DNA from: an uncultured delta proteobacterium
GTDB taxonomy: Bacteria; Desulfobacterota; RBG-13-43-22
Reading direction: 5' to 3'
Length of the DNA stretch: 64,000 nucleotides
Assembly (NCBI GenBank): GCA_963743305.1
Contig: CAVUPH010000014.1
Location: forward strand, 448,001-512,000
Shown: positions 49,581-60,467 of the stretch, in pieces
Position numbering within the stretch: position 1 is the first letter of the stretch
Layout of the letters: each line of letters opens with the position of its first letter
Made by a program: the position numbers and the translations under genes
Notes under the pieces: model-generated
The model's database searches: none
Seen by the model: the letters and a program-made list of their open reading frames with translations, nothing else
What the model was told of the DNA's origin: nothing

Positions 49581-50294
49581 TTAGGCTCTTTTCAAAATTT
49601 CGGTATAGGCTTTTTCCACCTTTAAGATGTAGCCTTGGGTTTCTTTCGGCAGGGCCTCCGGACGTTTTTCCAGATTCCCCATCCCCCAATTATAGGCGGC
49701 CAAGGCCAATCGTCGGTTCCCTTGATAGCGGTTCAGCAATTGACGCAGGTAACGGGCTCCCCCCTCAATATTCTGCGCCGGATCAAAAGAATTGGTCACG
49801 CCCATCTCGGTTGCTGTTTTAGGCATCAACTGCATCAGGCCTTGAGCCCCCACCGAGGAAACCGCCTCCGGATTACGGTTGCTTTCTACTTGTATGACCG
49901 CCCGGATCAGGGCCGGATCCAAATCGTATTTAGCGGCGGCTTCACTGATCGGGTAGTCAAAATCTTGTCCCTTATTCTTGGGTTTTGACTCCCCCTGTCG
50001 TTCGCAGCACCTGTCCGCCGGTTGTCCCCATTCCAGGATTTGCGCAGGAACATCTTCCAGAGGAAGGGCAGGAGGAATGACGCTGCTGTCAGGTTCGATC
50101 CTGGCCTCAGCCAAAGTTTTTTCAATCAATTTAAATAATAAGGCCAAGAAGAAACTATCCACCGAAGAAGGAGGACTCCCCTGCTCTACAGGGGAGGAAG
50201 GGTTTGACCTCAGGTCTTTTTCCCAAGGGCGGTCAACCCACAACTTGGATTCCCAGGATGAGATTTTAGGGATCATGTTGGGCTTAATATGCAA
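49581..50294 (-). CDS. Lytic transglycosylase (SLT domain)
   Basis: IQVES (catalytic Glu), GAQGLMQLMP, ALAAYN, ETQGY. Confidence 0.92.
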   Translation of the reverse strand: MHIKPNMIPKISSWESKLWVDRPWEKDLRSNPSSPVEQGSPPSSVDSFFLALLFKLIEKTLAEARIEPDSSVIPPALPLEDVPAQILEWGQPADRCCERQGESKPKNKGQDFDYPISEAAAKYDLDPALIRAVIQVESNRNPEAVSSVGAQGLMQLMPKTATEMGVTNSFDPAQNIEGGARYLRQLLNRYQGNRRLALAAYNWGMGNLEKRPEALPKETQGYILKVEKAYTEILKRA

Positions 50295-50297
50295 TGT

Positions 50298-51524
50298 CTA
50301 TGCCAAAAAATAGGATTTGATGGAAACCCCTTCCTGGTTGGGATCCAGGACGTTGGTAATCTTCCAGCGATCCTGTTGGGTGGAGGGGTCTTTTTCGTTT
50401 AACTGCACCATCCGGGTGGGGAAGTATTTCTCTCCCCCCTTTTTCATTATGAGCAATACTGTGGGCTTGAGCGCTTTTTCCCTGTTGGCCGCCGCCACGA
50501 TGCCCACTTCCGATTGATTGATCTCCACCAGGCTGCCGACCGGGTAAATTCCGAAACACTTAATGAAATTTTCCAGCAAACTCCGGTCAAAATCCCGGGG
50601 ACTCCATTCGAACATGCGCTTTACCGCCTCATGGGGCAGGACTCCCCTTCGATATACCCGATCACTAGTGATAGCATCGTACACATCCACAATCGTGGCT
50701 ATTTGGCCGAAAAGACTCAACTGTTCTCCTCGAAGCCCCTTGAGATACCCATGACCCCCATAGCGTTCGTGATGCTGGCCGACCATCTGGACCCCTTTGG
50801 GTGGGAAGTGGGGGATGCGGCCTAAAATCTCAGTCCCATAGCGAACATGATTTTTCATCTGATGGAACTCACCGTCAGTCAACCGGGCCGGCTTATTTAA
50901 GACCTCCAGTGGAATCTTCATCTTGCCGATATCATGAAGCAATCCTCCGATACCCAAAATTTGGAGGGCCTCCCGGGGAAGGACCAGGCTCCGGCCAAAA
51001 GCTACCGACAGGATGCTGACATTCAAGGAGTGTAGGGCGGTATATTCATCTTTGTTCTTGATTTGGGCTAAGCAAACCAGGGCATCCCGATTGCGGATCA
51101 CACTGTCGATAATATTCTCCACGGCTTCTTTGGCCCCTGAAGAATCAATACTTTTTCCCAGACGGGCGTCTTCCAGGATCTGATCCACCACCTGTCTGGT
51201 CTGGTCGCGAACCTCGCGGGCCAGAGAAAATTCTTTATCCCATGAGACTTGACTGGATAAAACGGCGGCGGTCGGTTCCTTTTTCTCCAGGATCTGCTGA
51301 AGCATTCCCGGGCCCACCTCTTTAATCGGGAGTGAATGGTCGGTGTCTTTTCCCTTGTCCGTATCAATATAGACGTAACGGCAGTACGCTTTCATTTGAG
51401 AGAGCTGTTGGGGGGATTTGATCAGGACCCTGTGAAAAAAGAAGGGGGTGTCCAACCAGGATCGGTCCAGTTGGGTTATAAACATACCCAGGGTGAGATC
51501 GGAGGTGTTGATCTTTTTTATCAT
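50298..51524 (-). CDS. HD-GYP domain c-di-GMP phosphodiesterase-like protein with DUF3391-like N-terminus
   Basis: LGMFI..LDRSWLDTPF, HDIGK, HHER..G.GY, DVYDAITSDRVY, GIYPVGS. Confidence 0.9.
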   Translation of the reverse strand: MIKKINTSDLTLGMFITQLDRSWLDTPFFFHRVLIKSPQQLSQMKAYCRYVYIDTDKGKDTDHSLPIKEVGPGMLQQILEKKEPTAAVLSSQVSWDKEFSLAREVRDQTRQVVDQILEDARLGKSIDSSGAKEAVENIIDSVIRNRDALVCLAQIKNKDEYTALHSLNVSILSVAFGRSLVLPREALQILGIGGLLHDIGKMKIPLEVLNKPARLTDGEFHQMKNHVRYGTEILGRIPHFPPKGVQMVGQHHERYGGHGYLKGLRGEQLSLFGQIATIVDVYDAITSDRVYRRGVLPHEAVKRMFEWSPRDFDRSLLENFIKCFGIYPVGSLVEINQSEVGIVAAANREKALKPTVLLIMKKGGEKYFPTRMVQLNEKDPSTQQDRWKITNVLDPNQEGVSIKSYFLA

Positions 51525-51603
51525 CCGATTCCCGGCAAGTCCTGATCGGCGATCGAGATTTATCCCCGGATAAAAAGATTTGTTCTTCCGCGGACGTTTT
51601 TAA

Positions 51604-51630
51604 TAAAAAAAAAATAATATCTTCCGATAA
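51604..51630 (+). promoter_or_regulatory. Sigma28 (FliA)-type promoter
   Basis: TAAA-N15-TCCGATAA upstream of the HDOD kinase-like gene. Confidence 0.5.
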
Positions 51631-51783
51631 CCCTTAAGAGAGGTTGCCTTTCTACCCGGTCGGTCGGTCTTGAACCTTTGGCAGGCAGGGGAGTTCTTAT
51701 TCGTCATCCTGAACGGCTATAAGAACTAAAGTGATCTTAATCATACAGAAATATGACCGCTTCCTGCAAGGAAAATTAAACTC

Positions 51784-53466
51784 ATGATGGATTCGGAAAA
51801 AAAAAGCAGGATCTTGCATCAAATCGCCTCCAATGATTTTTTGCCTTCTCTTTCTCCTTTAACCATTCAACTTATCGAGGCGGCCTCGGACGAACGGACT
51901 TCGGTTCTGGATTTAAACCGCATTATCGAGCAGGATCCGGGTTTGACCACCCGCCTGTTAAAAATGGTCAATAGCGCCTATTTTGGACGAAGAAACAAGA
52001 TTTCTTCCATTTCCCATGCCATTATCATGGCCGGATTCAAACGGGTCCGATTGATGGCCCTGAATATTTCGCTCCGCGACACCTTCCCTCTGGGGCGGGT
52101 CGGAGGAATGGATTACGACCTTTTCTGGAAAACATCCCTTTATCGGGCACTGATTGCCCAGGGTTTTTCCCAAGCCAGCTTTTGGGCTGAAGAATTGGAC
52201 CCGGAAGAGATCTTCACGGCCGGGCTAATACTGGAAATCGGGATGCTGTTATTATTCCCCGTTTGCCCAAAGTGGCTAAAGGAAGACTTTCCCGGTGGGG
52301 CCACCGACCTGACGGATTTAATCGCTTGGGAAACCGAGCATCTGGGGATAAATCATCGTGAAGTGGGACGGATTATCCTGCAACGCTGGCATTTCCCTGA
52401 TCAAATTATTGAAAGTCAGAAATACTTCGGCCCGGAGGCGCTTCAGGGAGACCGTTCACCCCTAGTCAGAATTTTAGAATTTTCACGGATCTGCACCCAA
52501 ATCTTCTTCGGGCCCCAAGATGATTTTCATTTACTGGACCGCTTAGCCCCGGGCCAGGGCTTGAGTCTGGAGAGAACAAATGAGATTTTGGTGACGACCT
52601 TTTCTCAGGTTGAAGAGGTTGCCGGCCAGCTCCGCTTAATGATCAACTCCCAGGATGATCTGTTGATAGTTATGGAAAAGGCCAACCGGACACTGGCCAG
52701 GATAAATGGTTCTTTGGAATCCAGCTTTATCAAGGTCTTCAACCTCATTTCCGATCTGGAACAGTCTACTGTCCAGGAACCCACCGAAGAACTTGAGGAA
52801 AAAAACAAACTGCTGGAAAACACGCTGGAAGCCGTGGTTCACGAAATCCGTAACCCCCTTATGGCCATCGGGGGGTTTGCCCACCGTTTAGCCAAAAATG
52901 TTGAACAGCGGGGCGATGTGATTGAATATGTTCACTTAATAACTAATGAATCCCTCCGTCTGGAAAAAGTCCTCAAGGACCTGGTAGCCTATTCCCAAAT
53001 CTATAAGCCTTTTATCATTACCCGCGACCTAACCCAGGTAGTGGAAAAAGTGCTGGCCGGCGAACAGGATCGCCTGACTGAAAAAGATATTCATTTGATC
53101 CGCCTTTATCGGCCCTCTTCGCTTCTAATTCCCCTGGACGAAGCGGAAATTTCCAAGGCCCTGCAGTGCCTCCTGGAAACCGAAATCCAAATCCTGGGGA
53201 AAATGGATCGGGAACTTTGGATCGGCCTGGAGGAGGTTCCGGAGAACAGAGAAATCCGGATCAGTTTCAGTACGAAATCCGGGCAGTTTCCCGAGGAATT
53301 GCGCCACACCCTCTTAGGCAGGGATTTCTCCGGAAAGGCTTTCGGCCTAGGCCTGGCACTGTCTCTAGCCCGAAAAATCATTATCGCCCATGGGGGCCGG
53401 CTGGAACTAACCCAGGAAAACGACCTGAACACCCTTTCCGTTTTCTTGCCGGCCTCTATCGGCTGA
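51784..53466 (+). CDS. HDOD-domain histidine-kinase-like protein with degenerate ATPase domain
   Basis: DPGLTTRLLKMVNSAYF (HDOD), H-box HEIRNPL; N-box Asn and DxGxG not seen. Confidence 0.8.
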   Translation: MMDSEKKSRILHQIASNDFLPSLSPLTIQLIEAASDERTSVLDLNRIIEQDPGLTTRLLKMVNSAYFGRRNKISSISHAIIMAGFKRVRLMALNISLRDTFPLGRVGGMDYDLFWKTSLYRALIAQGFSQASFWAEELDPEEIFTAGLILEIGMLLLFPVCPKWLKEDFPGGATDLTDLIAWETEHLGINHREVGRIILQRWHFPDQIIESQKYFGPEALQGDRSPLVRILEFSRICTQIFFGPQDDFHLLDRLAPGQGLSLERTNEILVTTFSQVEEVAGQLRLMINSQDDLLIVMEKANRTLARINGSLESSFIKVFNLISDLEQSTVQEPTEELEEKNKLLENTLEAVVHEIRNPLMAIGGFAHRLAKNVEQRGDVIEYVHLITNESLRLEKVLKDLVAYSQIYKPFIITRDLTQVVEKVLAGEQDRLTEKDIHLIRLYRPSSLLIPLDEAEISKALQCLLETEIQILGKMDRELWIGLEEVPENREIRISFSTKSGQFPEELRHTLLGRDFSGKAFGLGLALSLARKIIIAHGGRLELTQENDLNTLSVFLPASIG

Positions 53467-53549
53467 TAGGAAAATAATTCCTTAGTCGCCCCGCTCTCTT
53501 GGAATATCCGCTTTCCCTTCGTTCCCTTCCCTGGTTTTCTATTAAATAA

Positions 53550-53605
53550 TATCAAGATGTTATCTTGTGAATGCCCTCTGTTCTCCCCTTGGCATAGTTT
53601 CTGCT
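53550..53605 (+). promoter_or_regulatory. IHF site plus canonical sigma54 promoter for motAB
   Basis: TATCAAGATGTTA (perfect WATCAANNNNTTR) at 53550; TGGCATAGTTTCTGCT (GG-N10-GC) at 53590. Confidence 0.7.
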
Positions 53606-53647
53606 TATAATTTTATAAAAAAAGACATCGAAAAAAGGAGTCCGCCC

Positions 53648-54469
53648 ATGGTAGCCCAAGTATTCATTTCTCTAATCCTGTTGGTTTTAATTTTTTTGGC
53701 CGCCTTCAATTTGGAAGTAAAGGAGTTGGGACTGGCTTCCAACTTAAATGCACTAATGATCGTCTTAGGCGGTACCTTGGCAGCCTCCCTGATGGCCTAC
53801 CCCTGGAAAAAAATTCTTTGGACCTTCCGGCTGATGAAAAAGACTTTTACCTCCCGGGAGGAAATTGACTGGACCACCCAGACTTTGGTCAACTTAGCCC
53901 GTGTTTTTCGTAAGGGGGGGATCCGGTCTTTGGAACAGCAGGGAAACGGATTGCCTCCCGGCATGATTAAAACAGGGGTGGACTTGATAACCTATCATTA
54001 TTCCAAGGATAAGATCGAGCAAATCATGCAAAAAGAGGCCGATGGCATCTACGGACAGTATGAAGGCGGGTATAAAATCTTGAACAGCATGGCCCGCCTG
54101 GCCCCTGCTCTGGGCCTGACGGGGACCATTGTCAACCTGATTCGAATTTTTGGACATATCAGTGATCCCCAGGGCCTAATCGGGTACATGGCCATCGCCC
54201 TGTTAAGCACTTTTTACGGCGTGGTCCTGGCCAACCTCTGTTTTGTTCCCCTGGCAAACAAATTGAAGGAATTTATGGATCAGGATGAAATGCGCTTGGA
54301 ATTGGTCCAGGAGGGCATCCTGGATATATATGACCAGGAACACCCCAAGGCTATTCAATATAAACTGGAAACCCTGGCGGGGAACCTGTCAGCGCCTCAG
54401 CGCTCTTCCTTGAAACCTAAAATTGTATTGCTGTCACCCTATGACCAGCCCAGAGGGGCCCGGGTATGA
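53648..54469 (+). CDS. motA: Flagellar stator A subunit (MotA/PomA family)
   Basis: IVLGGT, APALGLTGT, ALLSTFYG..ANL..P.ANKL; RBS AAAGGAG. Confidence 0.85.
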   Translation: MVAQVFISLILLVLIFLAAFNLEVKELGLASNLNALMIVLGGTLAASLMAYPWKKILWTFRLMKKTFTSREEIDWTTQTLVNLARVFRKGGIRSLEQQGNGLPPGMIKTGVDLITYHYSKDKIEQIMQKEADGIYGQYEGGYKILNSMARLAPALGLTGTIVNLIRIFGHISDPQGLIGYMAIALLSTFYGVVLANLCFVPLANKLKEFMDQDEMRLELVQEGILDIYDQEHPKAIQYKLETLAGNLSAPQRSSLKPKIVLLSPYDQPRGARV

Positions 54470-55263
54470 ATCCCGTCCAACCCGACTATCAAATTCCATC
54501 TCAAGAATTCGAGCCCCTCCCGGTAAAGAAGAGCCGGACTCCCCCCAGATCCAGAAGACCGGCTTCTGGAGACAATGCCAATGAAATCTGGTTCTTAACC
54601 CTGAGTGATCTGCTTTTACTCCTGGTGATATTTTTTGTCCTCCTTTTCGGCCTGACCTGGAAGCAGCAAAGCCGGCAAACGTCCAGCAATCCCATCCTAT
54701 CGCGACCGGCGTCCTTTCCGATCCCAGCTCCTCCAGCCCAACAACCCGAAGCCTCGCGCCCCGATCCGCGCATAGCCGGCCTTCCAGGACAAAAAGAAAT
54801 CCCGGAAAGTATGGAACAGTCGTTGTCCAGTTCTTTAGGACTGAAACCGGAGGAGCAGGGGGTCACCATCGAACGCAGGGGACCCAAATTGATTTTGACT
54901 TTCCCGGAACAAATCGCCTTTGATACCGGACAGGCTGACCTTAAACCCTCGGCCGAACCGATCCTGGAAAAAGTGGGGGCCTTCATCCAAAACAAACCCG
55001 AAATGCTGGTGGAAATCCATGGCCACACCGACGACCGTCCCATCCGGAACCCGCGTTATCCATCCAACTGGGAGCTTTCTGCCGATCGGGCGACCCAAGT
55101 GGCCAAGTCCTTGATCCGACGAGGGATCAATCCGGCTCAGGTGTCCGTGAAGGGATTTGGAGAGCACCGGCCTATAGTCCCTAACGATTCGGAAATGAAT
55201 CGACTTAAGAATCGGCGGGTGGAAATCCATTTTACTATTCCCGATAACGGGCCTCAAACTTAA
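54466..55263 (+). CDS. motB: Flagellar stator B subunit (MotB/PomB) with OmpA-like domain
   Basis: [19 protein letters not shown] (conserved Asp), [20 protein letters not shown]. Confidence 0.88.
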   Translation: MNPVQPDYQIPSQEFEPLPVKKSRTPPRSRRPASGDNANEIWFLTLSDLLLLLVIFFVLLFGLTWKQQSRQTSSNPILSRPASFPIPAPPAQQPEASRPDPRIAGLPGQKEIPESMEQSLSSSLGLKPEEQGVTIERRGPKLILTFPEQIAFDTGQADLKPSAEPILEKVGAFIQNKPEMLVEIHGHTDDRPIRNPRYPSNWELSADRATQVAKSLIRRGINPAQVSVKGFGEHRPIVPNDSEMNRLKNRRVEIHFTIPDNGPQT

Positions 55264-55268
55264 GACAG

Positions 55269-55560
55269 GAATTAAATCAGGGGGCCGAACAGGAGGCCTC
55301 GGCTTCTCAACAGGTGTCCAATTCCAGCCTGAGCCTAGCAGAAGGGGCCTCGGAGCAAGCCGCCCCATCGAGGAAACTTCTTCTTCCATCGATGAAATTG
55401 CCTTCCAAACCAATCTGCTGGCCTTGAATGCCGCGGTCGAAGCGGCTCGGGCCGGGGAAGCCGGAGCCGGGTTTGCCGTAGTGGCCGACGAAGTCAGGAA
55501 TCTAGCTATGCGGCGCAGATGAAAAGATTTGTCAATGACTTGTCAACCTAAATCGAAGGC
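55269..55560 (+). pseudogene. Collapsed remnant of a methyl-accepting chemotaxis protein gene
   Basis: Fragments GAEQ...[60 protein letters not shown] and QMKRFVNDL, with frameshifts and stops. Confidence 0.85.
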
Positions 55561-55613
55561 ACCGGCCGTCAGGCGGCAGATGGGGTGCTGAAAGAATCAA
55601 CTGAAATTGGTCT

Positions 55614-55655
55614 CAATCAACCTGCCCCGGGCGGAAGCCCGGGGCAGGTTGATTG
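55614..55655. terminator. Perfect 19-bp hairpin between convergent units
   Basis: CAATCAACCTGCCCCGGGC-GGAA-GCCCGGGGCAGGTTGATTG. Confidence 0.6.
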
Positions 55656-55699
55656 GGGATGGAGAAAAAGGGGAGTTGGGTTAACGACAGGCTAGCGGA

Positions 55700-56158
55700 T
55701 TATTTGAAACACAGCTCGAGATGAAACCCCCCGTTGGCTGAGTCGAAGGGAATGGAAATAATGGGATCCTTGGTCACATGTCGTATCTCGTGCCCGGGTC
55801 CCGTAATAACCGAAGGGATGGCCCCCTGAAAGACGATCCCGGCCGTCTCCAGCCTCCGCCGGGCATCGCCGGATATCATATTGGTAAACTCGCCCACCGC
55901 ATCTTTCACTTCCTCGGTGATCTCCGTAAAGGGCTCACCGAACATACTGCTGACGATGTGCAGGATGCACTCTTTGGAGAAAGATAGGCTTAAGGATCCT
56001 TCGCTTTCTCCGGTCATGCCCACAATCCCGGAGATGTCTCCGGTGGAAATACTCCCTTTTTTGAGAAAGGGTTTGCCCGGGGCCAGGTCCACGGAAGACA
56101 TCGTTCTAATCACCGAAACCGTAGCCTCCAAAAAAGAATTTATTATTTCAACTTTCAT
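55700..56158 (-). CDS. cheX: Chemotaxis phosphatase CheX
   Basis: INSFLEAT, DISGIVGMTG, DAVGEFTNMISG (ExxN). Confidence 0.9.
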   Translation of the reverse strand: MKVEIINSFLEATVSVIRTMSSVDLAPGKPFLKKGSISTGDISGIVGMTGESEGSLSLSFSKECILHIVSSMFGEPFTEITEEVKDAVGEFTNMISGDARRRLETAGIVFQGAIPSVITGPGHEIRHVTKDPIISIPFDSANGGFHLELCFK

Positions 56159-56252
56159 AGTCTCTGATTCCTTTCAATGACTAACCGCTAACATTTTTTA
56201 GAGAGAAAGAGAATAACAAAATACCCCTATCCAGGGACAGGGAATAAAACCG

Positions 56253-56969
56253 TCAACCGACTTTTATTTTTTGTATCCCCAGACGTTGTTGTTCAAAGAT
56301 CAACCGTTCCAGTTGGGAGCGGCTCGATCCCGGCATCTGTAAAAATTCCAAAGCACCCTGAATGGTGTGCGGGGGAAAATCATCAATCCGCCGAATTTCA
56401 GCCGAAGGAATAGGGATGGTTAGGAGTTCCTCTCCCGAAGGGAAAAGTAATGCGTTATCCCGCAACGTAACATTGACCTCCAGATTCTTAAACCACTGTT
56501 CCCCCAGTTCCTTATAAAAAGCTAGCCCACCCGTGCTGTAATCTTTGACCCGGGCTTTATATTCTTGATGAAGCAAGTCTCGGACCAATATTTCCATCCC
56601 CAGCGAGGCCTTGACCCGGAAAAAGGCGCGCCGTTGCACCCGGTTGATCATCCGGGGCAGTTCCACCCAGATTTCCTTGGGTTGCAAGAAGCGGACCTCG
56701 GTAGAAAAATGGAAGGGGACACGGGTTCGATCAAAAAACGAGAGGGCAATGGTTTGATTCCTGGAAAAACGCAATGCTTGATCAAACCCGGCTACCTGGT
56801 CGATGATCAGCCAAGGTCTCCCCGGACCGGTCTCAAATCCCAGAAAGAGGGTAATCCAGGAAAATTCCGTTTGAGGGATCTCCATCCGTACTCGTTGCCG
56901 GGATTTGATGGCGGACTGGAGTATCAGGGGGATGTCCCCACCCTGGAGAGGTTGTGCCGGTTGTTCCAT
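56253..56969 (-). CDS. YcgR-like flagellar brake / PilZ domain protein
   Basis: QRRAFFRV (RxxxR) and DYSTGG (DxSxxG). Confidence 0.8.
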   Translation of the reverse strand: MEQPAQPLQGGDIPLILQSAIKSRQRVRMEIPQTEFSWITLFLGFETGPGRPWLIIDQVAGFDQALRFSRNQTIALSFFDRTRVPFHFSTEVRFLQPKEIWVELPRMINRVQRRAFFRVKASLGMEILVRDLLHQEYKARVKDYSTGGLAFYKELGEQWFKNLEVNVTLRDNALLFPSGEELLTIPIPSAEIRRIDDFPPHTIQGALEFLQMPGSSRSQLERLIFEQQRLGIQKIKVG

Positions 56970-56998
56970 TGAATCGGTTCTTTCCTTAAACCCTAACC

Positions 56999-57367
56999 CT
57001 ATTCGGGGTCAAAGGGGTAATGAAGAATTTCGGCATCGATCGCCTCGGGGTTCCCCGAATTATAGTAAAGAAGGTTTTTCAGATGGACAAAGGAGGTCGG
57101 GTCCATTTCCAGAAAGCGGACACCGATTCCAGTCTCGTCTGCCCGGGCTACCATTCCCTTAATACTCAGGGTGAGGGGGTGATTCCCTAGGCCCAGGGCG
57201 ATCTTTACTTCTCCGGTCGCACCTTTCTCCGGTCGGAGAGCGGTAACAAAATAGACGCCCGTTAAGCTGAGATCTTTTGAATCGGAAGAGAGCAGCTCCT
57301 CCCCTTGAATGATGAATCGAACCCGGGTATGGAAAGGCACTCGAGTTCGGCGGCGGCGGTTGTTCAT
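56999..57367 (-). CDS. Single-domain PilZ protein
   Basis: RRRRTRV and DLSLTG motifs, GIGVRF. Confidence 0.85.
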   Translation of the reverse strand: MNNRRRRTRVPFHTRVRFIIQGEELLSSDSKDLSLTGVYFVTALRPEKGATGEVKIALGLGNHPLTLSIKGMVARADETGIGVRFLEMDPTSFVHLKNLLYYNSGNPEAIDAEILHYPFDPE

Positions 57368-58161
57368 CCGGCGGTCCTTGGTTCAGGCCGGGGGTGCGAT
57401 CCTCCTGGCCTGGGCTCGACGGCTTTGAGATTTGCAGGGGGTTGACCGTCGGTTAGAGTATTCAGAAATTCCCGGGCCTCCTTGAAATCCTCTTTCAAGG
57501 TCAAGGCCTTGGTCATTTGTTCTATGGATTCCTCCCGGTCCTTTTTTTCGTAATAGGCCCGTCCCAGATTATAGTAGAGCACCGGATCTTCCGGATCGAT
57601 GGCGATGGCCTTGACATAGTTGGAGACGGCCTCGTCATGAAGATTGCGCTTGCGCAATTCGATCCCGAATTCATTGAATATGTGTTTGTTCTCATTTTCA
57701 TACAAGTCATCCATTTGGGATAGTTGGTCGAAAATTTCCTTGGCCTCCTTTTTATCTCCCCGGGCATAGAGGCTTTTCCCTTTGCCCAGATTGGCCTTCA
57801 GATCTTTTTCATTCAACGCCAGCGCCTTATTGAATTCTCGTTCGGCGCTGAAAAATTGTCGGTTATCATAGTGTTCTTCTCCCAATTCCACATATTTTTC
57901 CGCCAATTGGGCTTTCGGGTCCTTTTTATTTTCGAAGTATTCGGGACAGTGGGTGTAGTCCTGGTCCAGCTCCTCCCGGGTGATCAGGGTCGCTTCTCCG
58001 AAGGGTTGATCGCTGATGTTCAACATACGAATGGACACCATATTTTCCTCGTCGGCCTCCTCGACTTGAAAATAGTTTTCAATAGTTGTGTCTCGGGAAG
58101 TGGACCCAAACCCCAGCCTGATTGTTTCCTGCTTCAAAAAAATTCTTCTATTTTGTTCCAT
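57364..58161 (-). CDS. Tetratricopeptide repeat protein
   Basis: TPR patterns FNEFGIELRK...Y.KAI..DP.D..LYYNLGRAY. Confidence 0.85.
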   Translation of the reverse strand: MEQNRRIFLKQETIRLGFGSTSRDTTIENYFQVEEADEENMVSIRMLNISDQPFGEATLITREELDQDYTHCPEYFENKKDPKAQLAEKYVELGEEHYDNRQFFSAEREFNKALALNEKDLKANLGKGKSLYARGDKKEAKEIFDQLSQMDDLYENENKHIFNEFGIELRKRNLHDEAVSNYVKAIAIDPEDPVLYYNLGRAYYEKKDREESIEQMTKALTLKEDFKEAREFLNTLTDGQPPANLKAVEPRPGGSHPRPEPRTAG

Positions 58162-58180
58162 TAGCGCTCCCCGCGCCTCC

Positions 58181-58231
58181 AGGGAATTTTTGCGAAACCG
58201 TCAAATGAGGGCGGATTCGCAAAAATTCCCT
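58181..58231. repeat. Intergenic 16-bp perfect inverted repeat (REP/MITE-like)
   Basis: AGGGAATTTTTGCGAA ... TTCGCAAAAATTCCCT with a 19-nt, partly paired spacer. Confidence 0.6.
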
Positions 58232-58838
58232 TATTGGTAAAGAAATTCATCAAAATATAACTTCTTGATTTCCCGGGAAGGCAAGCGCTGGTTCAGCCGG
58301 CCTAATAATTCTCTTTTAAGTTTTTCCCGGTATTCGGGGTTCATCAGATCCGTCAGTTGCTGGTCACCCAAGGTCAGAATTACCATATCCGTAAGGGGCG
58401 CAGTCCGCTCCTTAATTTTTTCCAGATCGTCCGCTTTCGCCAGTTCCAGGACAACCGCCACCTTGACAAAATGAAATCCTGAGGGTTCATTTAGATTGAT
58501 AACCAGGGAACTCAATTTTAAAGTCGGCCCCATTTCCGGCGGCTTTTCCGGAGGTTTAGCGGCCATCCTGGCCCCCCCTTTATTCCCCGGAGCTTCCAGA
58601 TTCGGACTGCTGATTTGAATCCAGCCCAGCAACAGGGCCCCCATGATTCCCCCGCTAATAATCAACATGCCGGCCAAGATATAGATAACAACAGAGAAAC
58701 GCTTCAGCCACCCGGAAGACTTCCCGCTGGAAACATCCGCTGATTGGCGCTCTCCGTCGGTCCCCCCTCGGCCGACCGACTCTTGACTGGGATCAATCTC
58801 CAATAGGTCTATTTCGGTTTTCTTATTGCCTTTGGCCA

Positions 58839-58839
<1 letters not shown>
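58231..58839 (-). CDS. fliL: Flagellar basal body-associated protein FliL
   Basis: One TM helix, LVINLNE...FVK, KLKREL..RLN, LYFDEFLYQ. Confidence 0.85.
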
Positions 58840-60430
<1,591 letters not shown>

Positions 60431-60467
60431 TTTTTCCTCTGTCCATCAATTAAGTCCGGGAGGAAGG

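Noticed and set aside
53648-55263. MotA/MotB pair as a Zorya anti-phage system
   Set aside because: The A subunit lacks the long ZorA tail, no zorC/D/E genes are adjacent, and the context is flagellar/chemotaxis.
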